A stretch of DNA of 64,000 bases from Octopus vulgaris. Its lineage: Eukaryota. The DNA is taken from the NCBI GenBank assembly GCA_951406725.2, contig OX597826.1, positions 7,440,001 through 7,504,000 of the forward strand, in the 5' to 3' direction. Every line of letters starts with the position of its first letter. Within the stretch, counting starts at the first letter, position 1. The position numbers were made by a program, and so were the translations under genes. This document shows, in pieces, positions 1 through 12,505 of this stretch. Below the pieces are notes generated by a model. That model made no database searches. It saw only the letters and a list, made by a program, of their open reading frames with translations, and was not told the DNA's origin.

Positions 1-102
1 GTTGACTATAAACTTGGAGAGTGGAAGCTATGATGAAGGAAAAATATACAGAAATGGAAGATGAAGTGAAAGAGTAAGAGACAAGAATGATAGAAAGTGA
101 CC

Positions 103-142
<40 letters not shown>

Positions 143-189
143 AGAAGACAGAAAGAGAGAGAGAGAGAGAGAGAGGAGGAAATATTGAA

Positions 190-720
190 GGTGGAATGGT
201 TGTGAAAGTCACTGCGGGTTATGATTGGTCGGAGTATGTGATTATGAGCAAACGTGTAGCATCAATGACCGGTTGAATTTACATGAAGCTTATCAACTTT
301 CTACATCTAGTAATGCCCTCGGCGGCTTCGGCTTTGGAGTAAAATTAGAAATCCGTTATTTTTTACTTCGTCCATTCGTTTCTGCTTCCATTTTACTTTT
401 TTTTTTTTTCCCCACTTTTCATAGTTTTGTTTCCTTTTTATTTGCTATTTCGTATGATATTCATTTTTTCATATTTTTATTTACTTTTTAAGCATTACAT
501 TATACTGTTTGTTATAAAAGTTATATTTCCCTTTTTTTTTTCTTCTACTTCGCAAATTGCCTGTACATCATCGCTTCATTTTAGCATTATTACTATATTT
601 TTCATTTCGCTTCTGTTTCAAATTTTCTTTGATTTCCACCCCACCCTACCCCGATTTCTCATTGCATTCCATTTCATATTTTACTTCTGCCATCACCGGT
701 TGTTTTAGTATTAATTCTTC
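190..720 (+). mobile_element. Possible highly decayed Penelope-like C-terminus plus T-rich 3' region
   Basis: Translation DRLNLHEAYQLSTSSNALGGFG loosely resembles the PLE GIY-YIG terminal R..E..I..L.T..P.GLN pattern, followed by a long T-rich tract like the one after the PLE ORF at 31590. Weak. Confidence 0.2.
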
Positions 721-1008
721 CTCCCATAAAATCCCACTAACAACTTAAACCTCTACTTAAAACTCTTCCTCTACCATTCTCTTTAACAGAAATATCAACA
801 CTAACGTCTCTAAACCTGCCTCACTAAATAATCAATTACTAACAAGTATTTACCTAACAACTCTGCTACTCGTTTCCTTCGCCCTAAAACTATAGTATTA
901 AATTCTAACACTCAGTAATATACTACTAATAAATTTTACATTACTGAATTAGTAGCATTAACATATATTTTCTAAAGTACTTCAAGCTACAATATACAAC
1001 TTAAAATA

Positions 1009-1812
1009 AAGCGGCGAGCTGGTAGAAACGTTAGCACGCCGGGCGAAAATGCGTAACCGTATTTCGTCTGCCGCTACGTTCTGAGTTCAAATTCCGCCGA
1101 GGTCGACATTGCCTTTCATCCTTTCGGGGTCGATAAATTAAATACCAGTTACAGGTCGACTTTGCCTTTCATCCTATCGTAATCGAATTAAGTACCAGTT
1201 ACGTACCGAGACCTTCTAATCGACTAGCCCCCACTTGTCAAAATTGTGGACCTTGTGCCAAGAGTAGAAAAGAATATATATAATTTTTTATATAATTAAA
1301 ATGGAATGAAAAAGTAGCTCAGTCGTTCGGATCCTGGATTATGCAATTGATGGTTATAATTAGTAGCACGCCGGACAAAATGCTTATCAGTATTTCGTCC
1401 GACTTTACATTCTGAGTTCAAATTCCACCGAGGTTTACTTTGCTTTTCATCAATTCAGGGTCGATAAAATAAGTATCAGTCGAGATATTGTCGACAAGAC
1501 CCCTATCTCCGAAATTACTGGCCACAATTTGAAGCTAATAATTATTTTTTTCTACTTTCCGAAATTTTGAGGGAGGGGGCCAGTCGATTAGATCGAACAC
1601 AGGACGCAACCGGTGCTTACTTTATCGACCCTGGGTCAATATTGAGAAAAAATGGTTGAAATCAAATTACACCGAGGTTGACTTTACCTTTCATCCTTTC
1701 GGTATCGATAAAATAAGTACCAGGTCAGCACTGGGGTCAATGTAATAATCGACTTAACCATCGCACCCAAATTTCAAGCCTTTCGTCTATAGTAGAAAGG
1801 ATTATTATTATT
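1009..1812. mobile_element. Cluster of four SINE-A copies (1009-1277 +, 1360-1545 +, 1548-1640 -, 1660-1812 +)
   Basis: Recurrent family: GGCGAGCTGGCAGAAWCGTTAGC head, B-box GAGTTCAAATTCC, central GTCGACTTTGCCTTTCATCCTTTCGGGGTCGATAAA..AGTACCAG domain, tail GTAGAAAAG(ATT)n. The first copy has an internal duplication of the central domain. Confidence 0.9.
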
Positions 1813-1984
1813 ATCGCTGGGAATTTCTTTCTGATTTTGCTTTACTTTTATAGTTTTGGTCCTCTGAAACTATTGCTTACCGGATGTATTTAAGGGTCTT
1901 CTAAAGGAGTTTCACCCAGTTTCAATCACGAAATGGGCCTTCCGCCTGTTCCGGAAACTTTCAATATATCCCTTTTCACAACAT

Positions 1985-2626
1985 GGCCAATACTTGTCTA
2001 AATAGAAACGTGGTTCTGGGAGAAAATGTGTCTGCTTCCTCGCGCTCAATCGACCCGAGGTATAGTAGTCCACTAAACATAGAGTTCGCCACTCCCTTTG
2101 ACTTTTGCAAAAAACCTATGGTAAAATAACAGCACCAACAACAATAGCAGCAACAACATCGCTAGCAGCCAAAACAAGGTCTCTAACAATAGCATGACCT
2201 GTGACAACTACAACTCCAAGAACAATAACGAAATCAGAAAGAACACCAACAGCGAAAATAGTTGTTATGAAACCAGCATAACAACAACAACGATATTGTT
2301 ATAACCATGAGCAGATGTATGGACATCAACAAAAGCGCTGACTGCTACAATAGTATCAACAGTAATGCTATTTACGAAGACAGGAACGAGAAAACACATC
2401 CGAAGGAAAAATATTCCTTCGCAAATATAATAAATACATGGACGGGAAATAATAAGCTTAAAATCACGCCCCCAACAAGACAGAACAGAAGTATCAATGG
2501 AGTTCCAGGTTTTCGGAGACAAAGTGCGAGCAGATGCGGATGGTCATGGAGGGTAGGAGACCCAAATGTTACATCTGTGACAAAACCGGTCACTTAAAAG
2601 CATTCTGCGCTACTGTGGAGAAGTAG
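1985..2626 (+). mobile_element. Decayed LINE ORF1 (Tx1/L1-like) with CCHC zinc knuckle
   Basis: 2528-2626 translates EQMRMVMEGRRPKCYICDKTGHLKAFC* (CX2CX4HX4C preceded by V.EGR.P, typical of Tx1/L1 ORF1). Frameshifted upstream. Confidence 0.6.
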
Positions 2627-2645
2627 AGTTCGATTCCAGCAGTGA

Positions 2646-2649
<4 letters not shown>

Positions 2650-2687
<38 letters not shown>

Positions 2688-2752
2688 TAATAATAATAAT
2701 AATGATAATAACGATAATAATAATAATAATAATAACAATAATGATAATAACG

Positions 2753-2823
<71 letters not shown>

Positions 2824-2940
2824 AATAATAATGATAATAATGATAATAATAATAATGATAATAATAATAATAATGATAATAATAATAATGATAATAACGA
2901 TAATAATAATAATAATATAATGATAATAATAATAATAATA

Positions 2941-2979
<39 letters not shown>

Positions 2980-3039
2980 TAATAATAATAATAATAATAA
3001 TAATGATAATAATAATAATAATGATAACAATAATAATAA

Positions 3040-3070
<31 letters not shown>

Positions 3071-3116
3071 AATAATGATAATAATAATAATAATAATGAT
3101 AATAGTAATAATAATG

Positions 3117-3147
<31 letters not shown>

Positions 3148-3198
3148 TAATAATAATAATAATAATAATGATGATGATGATGATGATGATGAGGATGG

Positions 3199-3241
<43 letters not shown>

Positions 3242-3275
3242 AATGATGATGATAATAATGATAATAATAATAATG

Positions 3276-3324
<49 letters not shown>

Positions 3325-3341
3325 TAATAATGATAATAATG

Positions 3342-3372
<31 letters not shown>

Positions 3373-3551
3373 TAATAATAATAATAATAATGATAATAAT
3401 AATAATAATAATAATAATGATAATAATAATAATAATGATAATAATAATAATAATAATAATGATAATAATAATAATAATGATGATGATGATGATGATGAGG
3501 ATGGTGATGATGATGATGATGATGATGATGATAATGATGATGATAATAATG

Positions 3552-3585
<34 letters not shown>

Positions 3586-3640
3586 TAATAATAATGATAA
3601 TAATGATAATAATAATAATAATAACAATAATAATAATAAC
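2650..3640. repeat. Compound (AAT)n/(GAT)n microsatellite, about 1 kb
   Basis: Direct reading; explains the poly-I/L/Y/M ORFs in the track. Confidence 0.98.
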
Positions 3641-3893
3641 GATACAATTCCTATCATAGTAGGTGTATTAGGCATGATAAAAAAATATTCAGACAAATAC
3701 ATAACAAAAACACCAGGACTTACAAACACATATAACATACAGAAAATTGCACCACTAGGCACTGCACACATCCTACGCAGAACACTTTCCATACAATAAC
3801 CATCAGAGCATCACCACAAATCACAGCACATACCCAAGGCACACAGAGCTGCACTCGGTAGTGAAGTGAAAGCACGCTATAAAAATAAAACTA

Positions 3894-3899
<6 letters not shown>
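3641..3899 (+). mobile_element. R4/Dong-like RLE LINE 3' end
   Basis: TIPIIVGVLGMIKKYSDKYITKTPGLTNTYNIQKIAPLGTAHILRRTLSIQ* is an RLE C-terminus (PI.VGALG...QK.A.LGTA.ILR). It is followed by a 3' UTR and has (AAT)n on both sides. Confidence 0.85.
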
Positions 3900-3974
<75 letters not shown>

Positions 3975-4053
3975 AATAATGATAATAATAATAATAATAA
4001 TAATGATAATAATAATAATAATAATGATAATAATAATAATAATGATAATAACG

Positions 4054-4114
<61 letters not shown>

Positions 4115-4131
4115 CAATAATGATAATAACG

Positions 4132-4177
<46 letters not shown>
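3897..4177. repeat. (AAT)n/(GAT)n microsatellite
   Basis: Direct reading. Confidence 0.98.
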
Positions 4178-4179
<2 letters not shown>

Positions 4180-4213
4180 TTGAAATGAGAACTCAGGTTT
4201 GAAATTTCCCCAA

Positions 4214-4259
4214 GACACCTGATGAAGGCTGGAGGGTATATCAGCCGAAACGTTGTGTT
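4214..4259 (+). ncRNA. Minimal type-I hammerhead ribozyme motif with intact core
   Basis: Stem I GACAC(4214-18)/GTGTT(4255-59); core CTGATGA(4219-25) plus extra A; stem II GGCTG/CAGCC; GAAA(4247-50); minimal palindromic stem III AACGTT; cleavage triplet GUU (cut after 4254). Confidence 0.8.
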
Positions 4260-4424
4260 AACAACAAACAAGATGAGGACAAATATCCGTCAAATGTAAA
4301 TAATGTAAATAATGTACATACTTCCTCATCTCTTAAATATAGATCTGTAGTACTACACGTGTTTTCAATATTCCCAATGATAAATCCGTTGCAATCCCAA
4401 AGAGGAAAGTAACAGCAGCCACAA

Positions 4425-4530
4425 TGAATCCTCCTTCTTTCTTTTCTTTCCTGAACGGCCAATAACACTACACTTGTTCCACGTCCTCGCGTTGTTGTGT
4501 TTCCTCTTTGTGTTTTCATGTTTGCATTAA

Positions 4531-4533
<3 letters not shown>
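4425..4533 (+). mobile_element. 3' tail of hammerhead mini-element family H2 (ribozyme part absent), ending at (TA)n
   Basis: Aligns with the reverse complement of 11505-11600 and with 53381-53472 (CCTTCTTTC..TTTCCTGA..AATAACACTA..CCACGTCCTCG..GTTTG.ATTAAC). Confidence 0.7.
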
Positions 4534-4587
<54 letters not shown>

Positions 4588-4630
4588 AGTACCTTATTTA
4601 CTGTGGTTAACCCCGAATCAACCCGGGACC

Positions 4631-4661
<31 letters not shown>

Positions 4662-4934
4662 CTTACAAATAATCTTTTTTCTCAGGAACCATTAGACCTG
4701 ACACCGTATACTAACCGGTGTTGTTCAAACGATGAATAGCCTTCGCGTAAAGCATTTGGTTCGTTTTGTTCTCTTACTTTATTATAATTATCATCTTATA
4801 ATCATCTCATAATAATGACCTTTATGACTCGTATTACTACCTCAGTGAATCTAAATTTATATATTTGTCACTACCCGTCATAAATAGCCTTTTCTATCTG
4901 CAATATGCATTTTCGTTGATTTTTCATATTTTAC

Positions 4935-4981
<47 letters not shown>

Positions 4982-4984
<3 letters not shown>

Positions 4985-5502
4985 GGTGGTCCAAAAGTAG
5001 GTATACGCTTATCAAATTAACTTATGTTGTAGGACCAATTTTCTTTGGTGGATCAGTGAATTGTATCAATCACTTAAACATGCTTCCCGACCTAATCGCG
5101 GCCCAATTTGAAACCACATCTAATTATCCGAACTGCTCTTCCGACAAGTTGGGGTACCTCCTCATCATGCTTCGGTAGTAAGGGACTACCCTGACAATAC
5201 CTTTCCACAGCGTTGGCTTGTCACCATCGAACAGCCACCACGCTCAGCTTACTTAGCACCAACTAACTTCTTTCGGGAATGAATAGTAAAAAAAAAATAT
5301 GGTTTAGGGGAAAAGGAACCTGCACAGGGGACTAATTAGAAGAGTTCGTCTTGGAAGCGTTTATTGAATTTGATGCAGGTCGGAATTTGCGTCGCATTTA
5401 CGAGATTAAACTGTGTTTAATAAATGTAATTGTAATATATAAGTGTAAATGTAATAAAATGTATAGAATTTTAAAGTGTATAACTACTTTTGGTCCACCT
5501 TG
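4982..5502 (+). mobile_element. Internally deleted Tc1/mariner element (rosa/maT-like)
   Basis: 29-bp TIRs CAGGGTGGTCCAAAAGTAGGTATACGCTT / reverse complement CAAGGTGGACCAAAAGTAGTTATACACTT, inserted in TA. Inside are decayed VGPIFF.GSV, FRQVGVPPHH..VRDY.DNTFPQRW and PPRSAYLAPTNFF motifs (FQQDGAPPH and WPPRSPDL homologues). Confidence 0.85.
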
Positions 5503-5834
5503 CATATATAGTATGTATGTATATATACACACACCTTCTCCTCGAATAAGGACCGAGTTCCGTTCCGACTGACATGTTGTAAGTCGAACGGTCGTATGTG
5601 GGATTTATATTTTTCAACACAATTTTCATTCAAGCGCTACTGCTACTTGAAAGCGACAACAGAAGGCAAAGGGTGCCTGGGTTTGAGGAGGCCTACGTTG
5701 CCAGAAGCTGCCATAGTTACAGTACGCGCTGCTACCCAACGTCCAAAAATCAATTTTATTATTTAAAAAATTTTTTATTTCTTAGTTTTTTTTTCTGGTT
5801 GCAAATGCTGATTGTCGTAAGTGAAGGATAAAGG

Positions 5835-5901
<67 letters not shown>

Positions 5902-6301
5902 TGTGTGTGGGGGGCTGAAATACCCGTGCCAAAAGTAGCATTAAATTTTTTAGATCTTTCCACACTTCTCAACTCATCACTACACAGATTTAGTAACCTT
6001 ATCATCCTCAAACCTATAATGACTATAATTAGAAACGGCTGTAAGCAAACTTTATTCCAATAGAAGAAAATTAATAACCATTATTTATAACTTGTCTTTA
6101 TATATATATATATATATACATATATATATACATATATGTGTGTGTGTGTGTGTGTATATAAAGAGATTTCGAAAGTATAATTTGATGTGAATTCTTAACA
6201 TGATGTTTTGGTGACCTGCTGACTTAGCGTTCCTCTTTCGCATTAATTTATGAATATACAAACATATTGCATAATGCATATCAAGCCTATTTAGGCAAAG
6301 G

Positions 6302-6573
6302 GGCTCAGGAGTGGTTGTGTGGTAAGGAGCTAGATTCCCAAACACATGGTTGTATGTTCAATCCCACTACGTGGCACATTGGGCGGTTGTCTTCTATGAT
6401 ACTATAGCAGCGAGTCTTCCAAATCTTTGTGAGGAAATTGAAAGAAGTATGTCGTATGTACGTATATCGTATGTACGTACGTATGTATGTATGTATGTAT
6501 GTATGTATGTATGTATGTATGTATGTATGTATGTATGTATGCATGCATGCATGCATGTATGTATGTATTTATG

Positions 6574-6629
<56 letters not shown>

Positions 6630-6915
6630 CATCTCCCTATTTATCTATCTATGTGTCTGTCTATCAATCTATCAGTCTATATGTGTGTGTGTGTGTGGAT
6701 GTCTATGTGTCTGTGTTTTCTTCTACCACTGTTTTGAAAACCAGGGACGGTGTGTTTACGTCCACGAGACTTAGCGAATCAGAAAAGAGACCGGTGGATA
6801 TGTACTAGGCTTAGATTTTTTTTTCAAACTAGAGTCGATTCATTCGACTAAAACTATTCCAGACGGTGCCCCACCATGGCCGAAGCTTAATGACTGAGAC
6901 AAGTAAAAAAGTAGA
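6302..6915 (+). mobile_element. SINE-B with expanded internal (TATG)n/(TATC)n
   Basis: Head GGAGTGGTTGTGTGGTAAG..GTTCAATCCC, internal microsatellite, tail GGTGCCCCACCATGGCCG..TGACTGAGACAAGTAAAA; homologous to the 20488 and 35406 copies. Confidence 0.85.
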
Positions 6916-7027
6916 AGTGTAAAAATGCAATCTTACATTTACACGCACACAGACACAAACACGCAAACACACACATACACATACATTCACACATACACAA
7001 TTGCACACACGTACACACACACACGTA

Positions 7028-7120
7028 TTACTCTTTTATTCTTTTACTTGTTTTAGTCATTTGACTGCGGCCATGCTGGAGCACCGCCTTTAGTCGAGCA
7101 AATCGACCCCGGGACTTATC
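7028..7120 (-). mobile_element. SINE-B 3' fragment
   Basis: Reverse complement of the GGCGGTGCTCCAGCATGGCCGCAGTCAAATGACT tail. Confidence 0.85.
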
Positions 7121-7639
7121 CGACGGTAGTAACATTCAAAACCACTCTACTGTTGCGGCCGCAGTAGTAGTTCCGCTAAAAGTTGATGATGATGAGATGA
7201 TGATGATGACGACGACGACGACGATGATGATGATGAAGATGATGACAAGGATGATGATGAAGATATTAAAAATGATGATGATAATGATGACAGAAACCGC
7301 GATGATGCCAATGACCACGATGATAAACGTACCAATGGTTGATAGCAGGCTGGTTTAAAATTCATGCTGTATAAAACAACGCTAAATCCACAGAAATGGT
7401 AGCATTACAATACGGCGAAAACTGCAACATTACAGGTTTAGGGGTTTCTCACATGCATTTCTCATTCCCCCTCCTTCACGTTCGATCGCCCTATTCCCAC
7501 CTCTCTCTTACTCATTCGCTCTGACCCTCATTTCTTTCTCAACAATACTATATATATCTTCCAATCTGTTCATCTCCTTCTTTATTTACATGTCTATCTC
7601 TCCCTCATTTCTCGACCTTCTTACCCTCCAGAATACACT

Positions 7640-7990
<351 letters not shown>

Positions 7991-8475
7991 CGCTTATTTT
8001 CTTCTATGTTTACATCTCTTTGTCTTTCTCTCCCTTTTCTCAATATCTCAATATCTCTCTTTTGATATCCTTTCTTCTCGCTCTCATTCTTTGTAGCTCA
8101 TTCTTACATTATCTATGCATTTGTGTATGCATGTGAGTTTGTGTGTGTGTGTGTGTATTGTGTCTGTATATATATGTATATATATATAATATTATATTTA
8201 TTATTAATGTATATATATATATAAACTATTCATAGAGATATGTGTGTAGGTATATGAACTATGCGCGTTCTCATTCTTTCTCAAGTTTTGTTGCATTCTT
8301 TATGCAGTTTATTTCTTTTTTTATATATCTTTATTTTTTTTCTTTTCTATTTCCTTTTGCAATTTGATCAAAAGAAATAGATTCATTTAGTGCGATACAT
8401 TATGTATGCGTGACTAAATATACACATATACATACACACATACACACATATATATATATAATCATATATATGTAC

Positions 8476-8507
<32 letters not shown>

Positions 8508-8542
8508 ATATATATATATTCATATTACGAAAACATGCACTT

Positions 8543-8584
<42 letters not shown>

Positions 8585-9705
8585 GTATGTACTGATATAC
8601 ACATATACTGGCGTCTGTTTTCATTTGATTTCATGTGTTAGTGTTCTTGTCGGCCTTCCTTTGTTTTGTTCTTTCTTGTTTAGTTTTTGCCATTTTTTTT
8701 TCTTGTAGGACCTCATTTAATGTTGGTATTATTGGTGGCAATATGGTAATGGAAGCAAAGGACATATTTGGTCTGGCGGTATTTAATGTACTAAGGGTTG
8801 GTGATCGTGGGGCGGTGCGGTGGGGTATATTGATTTGATTATATCATTAGATGGACGTATCGATTTAGTTAAACATGAATATCATAAAACACACACATAC
8901 GTACACATACAAACACACGTATGAACTCGTACGTACATATACACTTACACACAAATGATAATATATGAATCTCTATATGTAAATATCTTTCAGTATTCGT
9001 GCAAATATATACGTGGTTCATATGTTCTTGTTTGTATGTGAGTATCTGAGATCGTGTGTATCTGTTAATATGTGCCTTTGAATAATGTGTGCGGTTGATA
9101 GTGTGTGTATGCCTTTGTGGAGAAAACTTTTTGGTAGAAGTTTTATTGGATTTTGTGATTATATGTAATTGAAAGTATAACTTTCCTGATAACATATATT
9201 GGGTTGGTCTAAAGAGTTTGTTACAATCTGAAGCCTTGCTATCTATCGTTTCCATCAGGACATTTAAATAACGTTGTAAATTTATCTCAGTTTATCTCAT
9301 TAAGCTTGCCTTGTGGGTTTGAATACTAAAAAACACAGCTTTTTTTTCTTCTCTGGAAAATCAAACGAATTTCAGTTTGAAGCGATTGGTAAGAGCTAAA
9401 AGCATATTTTTTGCTTTCGTCAAGTTTAACATTCACTACATGTGCTCCCATAAAACTATGTGCCCACACATATACGTTATCGAAACTACACACACACAAA
9501 CACACGCACAAACACTCATCGATATGCACACATATACATATATGTGTGTGTGTGTGTGTGTAGCTGGGTGTGGTTCATAGTCAAAATGCAAAAAGCACTC
9601 GCTGATGAGAACAGTGTGGGTGTATAAAATATTTGGGTGGTGATCGTATTAGTCATGGCTATCAGTTGTTATTATGTGCGTCATTATGCTATATATATAT
9701 GTATA

Positions 9706-10145
9706 GGCGTAGGAGTGGATGCGTGGTAAGTAGCTTGCTTACCAACCACATGGTTCCGGGTTCAGTCCCACTGCATGGCACCTTGGGCAAGTGTCTTCAA
9801 CGATAGCCTCGGGTCGACCAAAGCCTTGCGAGTGGATTTGGTAGACGGAAACTGAAAGAAGCTCGTCATATATATGTATATATATACGTACATATGTATG
9901 TGTATATATATACATATATCATATATGTATGTATGTATATATCATATGGATGTCTGTGTGTCCACATACATATACATGCTTATTCATATAGGTGCTTGTG
10001 CGGTAAGAGACTTGCTTCTCAACCACCTGTTTTCGAGTTCAGTATCACGGCGCAGGACTTTCATACAGTATGTCTTACCGTAGTCTCAGCCTCATCAAAG
10101 CGTTGGGACACGATTTCTTAGATGGGAACTAAAAAAGTTTGTGGG

Positions 10146-10217
<72 letters not shown>

Positions 10218-10430
10218 AGGTGCTGTATTTTTGTATGTCCACACCACCACTTCGCAACGGGTACTGGTTTATTTTCATCCCCGTAAATTAGCGGTTCACC
10301 AAAGTGTACAATAAAGTGAATAATAGGCTTCTAGAAATATGTACTGGAGTCAATTCCGTTGATTAAATCTTCCGAATTGGTGCTCAAGCATGGCCGCAAT
10401 CCAATGACTGAAAGAAGTGAACGTTAAAGG
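9706..10430 (+). mobile_element. Two SINE-B copies (head 9706-9870; decayed full copy 9990-10430)
   Basis: GGAGTGGATGCGTGGTAAGTAGCTTGCTTACCAACCACATGGTTCCGGGTTCAGTCCC head; the second copy ends in GGTGCTCAAGCATGGCCGCAATCCAATGACTGAAA. Confidence 0.85.
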
Positions 10431-10668
10431 TACGTGTGTGTGTGACTCTGTGTGTGTGGGGGGGGGGCGGGAGGGTTGGTGAACAAATACGCATACATTC
10501 AGATATATTTATGGAGAATTATATAATTGCTAGAAGCCGAAATGTCTAATTCATCCGCAAATATTTCCTTGTAAAAATAAATTAGCCACTTTTCTAAAAG
10601 AACTATATGATCTTCAGCGTAATGCTAAATTGTTTTCGTATAATAACTTCATACGATAGCAAACATTC

Positions 10669-10775
<107 letters not shown>

Positions 10776-11096
10776 TATAACAAAAGAGGCGGTTCATTTC
10801 CACGCAGGAAGAAAATATAGGAAAATTCCTTATTGAAAATGGACCAAAATTTGAAAAACTTGTAATTGTTTAATATACATTTATTTTTATATATACCAAA
10901 CTATTTTCAACAATATTTTTTTTTTCTTTCTCAATGGTAAAAATTCAAAATTATGAATTAGAAAAACATCTTTAAAAGTTTCAATGTTGACAAATTAAAA
11001 TGTTCATAACAGACAAATTTAGAATTATAAATTAGGAAAACATGTTCAGAAATATCGATGTTTTTATTGTCATATTGTCTCAAATGTGCATTTAAT

Positions 11097-11465
11097 CTCT
11101 CCACAATATCTCAGCAATGTATATCATGTTCATGTCTTTACAAGCACACTCTATGCAGCTTATTTTGTAGATTACACTAATATTTCTAGAGTTCAAGCCA
11201 GGGTCACTCTTACAAACCACTCAGTTATCATTGTTGCGTGTGATATTTCCAAAGTGGTACTACCTACATAGTTGTGATCTGATGGAGCTCCTGGCTAGTT
11301 CTCCATTTTTCTGTGGCCTCTACAGACATCACTCCTTGATTTTTGCCGGTCTTGTACCATGGGTTCAGTCTGTTTGCTTTGTCACAAAATCTCTGTGTCA
11401 TATTCCAGTCTTTACTTCTGTATCTAGACCAGGTACTACTTGTTTTATTATTAATAGTGTTATCC
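11097..11465 (-). mobile_element. Penelope-like ORF fragment (Naiad-like RT C-terminus plus start of GIY-YIG)
   Basis: Minus strand reads RYRSKDWNMTQRFCDKANRLNPWYKTGKNQGVMSVEAT(fs)GELAR, then CKSDPGLNSRNISVIYKISCIECACKDMNMIYIAE (VIY.I.C..C...YIGE of GIY-YIG). Confidence 0.65.
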
Positions 11466-11473
11466 TACTTCAT

Positions 11474-11504
<31 letters not shown>

Positions 11505-11505
<1 letters not shown>

Positions 11506-11703
11506 TATAGTTAATCCAAACATGTAAGGAAACAACTCGAGGACGTGGAGCCAGTATAGTGTTATCGGATGCTCAGGAAAGGAAAGAAAGAAGGAGGATT
11601 TAACGTATCGAGCGGAGCTCTTCGTCAGAAACATAGAAAAAGGAAAGGTCCAAGGAAGGGAAGACGGAGAAAGAAAATCGCCAACGATACACACGCGGTC
11701 ACG
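11505..11703 (-). mobile_element. Hammerhead mini-element family H2 between (TA)n tracts
   Basis: Reverse complement of 11599-11633 is GTTT CTGACGA A GAGC TCC GCTC GATAC GTT AAAA (GAAA mutated to GATA). Homologous to 53347-53472 and 4425-4533. Confidence 0.8.
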
Positions 11704-11704
11704 C

Positions 11705-12075
<371 letters not shown>

Positions 12076-12429
12076 GAGTGTATTATATAAATATATATGT
12101 ATGTGTGTATTTTTGTATATGTATGCACAACTACGTATGTGCAAGTGTATATATAAAAGAATATAGAAACGATTCGAGAGAAACATCTTTGCAACTCATT
12201 CCCTCGGGTTGACCGGAAACCGTCTTCTTCATTAAGCAGTTATGGTAGGATTTCCGGTTGGGTCACAGATGTTGCAACCATGCGCATTGTGTCCTGTCAT
12301 ATATGATTACCAAGAGCAAATCCCCGGTTATCAAAGCCATCAACATACATGTATAATTGAAGAAACAGAACACAGAATCACTTTTATACATAAACATGTA
12401 TATACATACATATATATACCATTATGCAC

Positions 12430-12482
<53 letters not shown>

Positions 12483-12505
12483 TTACATATAAATACATAT
12501 ATATA

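Larger units (their letters stand above)
2626..4349 (+). mobile_element. tRNA-headed, hammerhead-tailed element split by (AAT)n expansion and a nested R4/Dong fragment
   Basis: 2626-2650 GAGTTCGATTCCAGCAGTGACCTGA matches the B-box end of the tRNA-like head at 24580-24610 (-). 4178-4349 matches the hammerhead module at 24685-24845. Same head-(AAT)n-module order as the minus copy at 24468-24663. Confidence 0.75.

Noticed and set aside
2590-4271. Long poly-L/I/Y/H/M ORFs
   Set aside because: Translations of (AAT)/(GAT) repeats; the only complex part is antisense to an R4/Dong fragment.
8690-8751. Candidate small exon after a strong acceptor (TTTTTTTTCTTGTAG), also at about 36590
   Set aside because: Acceptor-like tracts are common in T-rich DNA; weak donors and no recognisable peptide.
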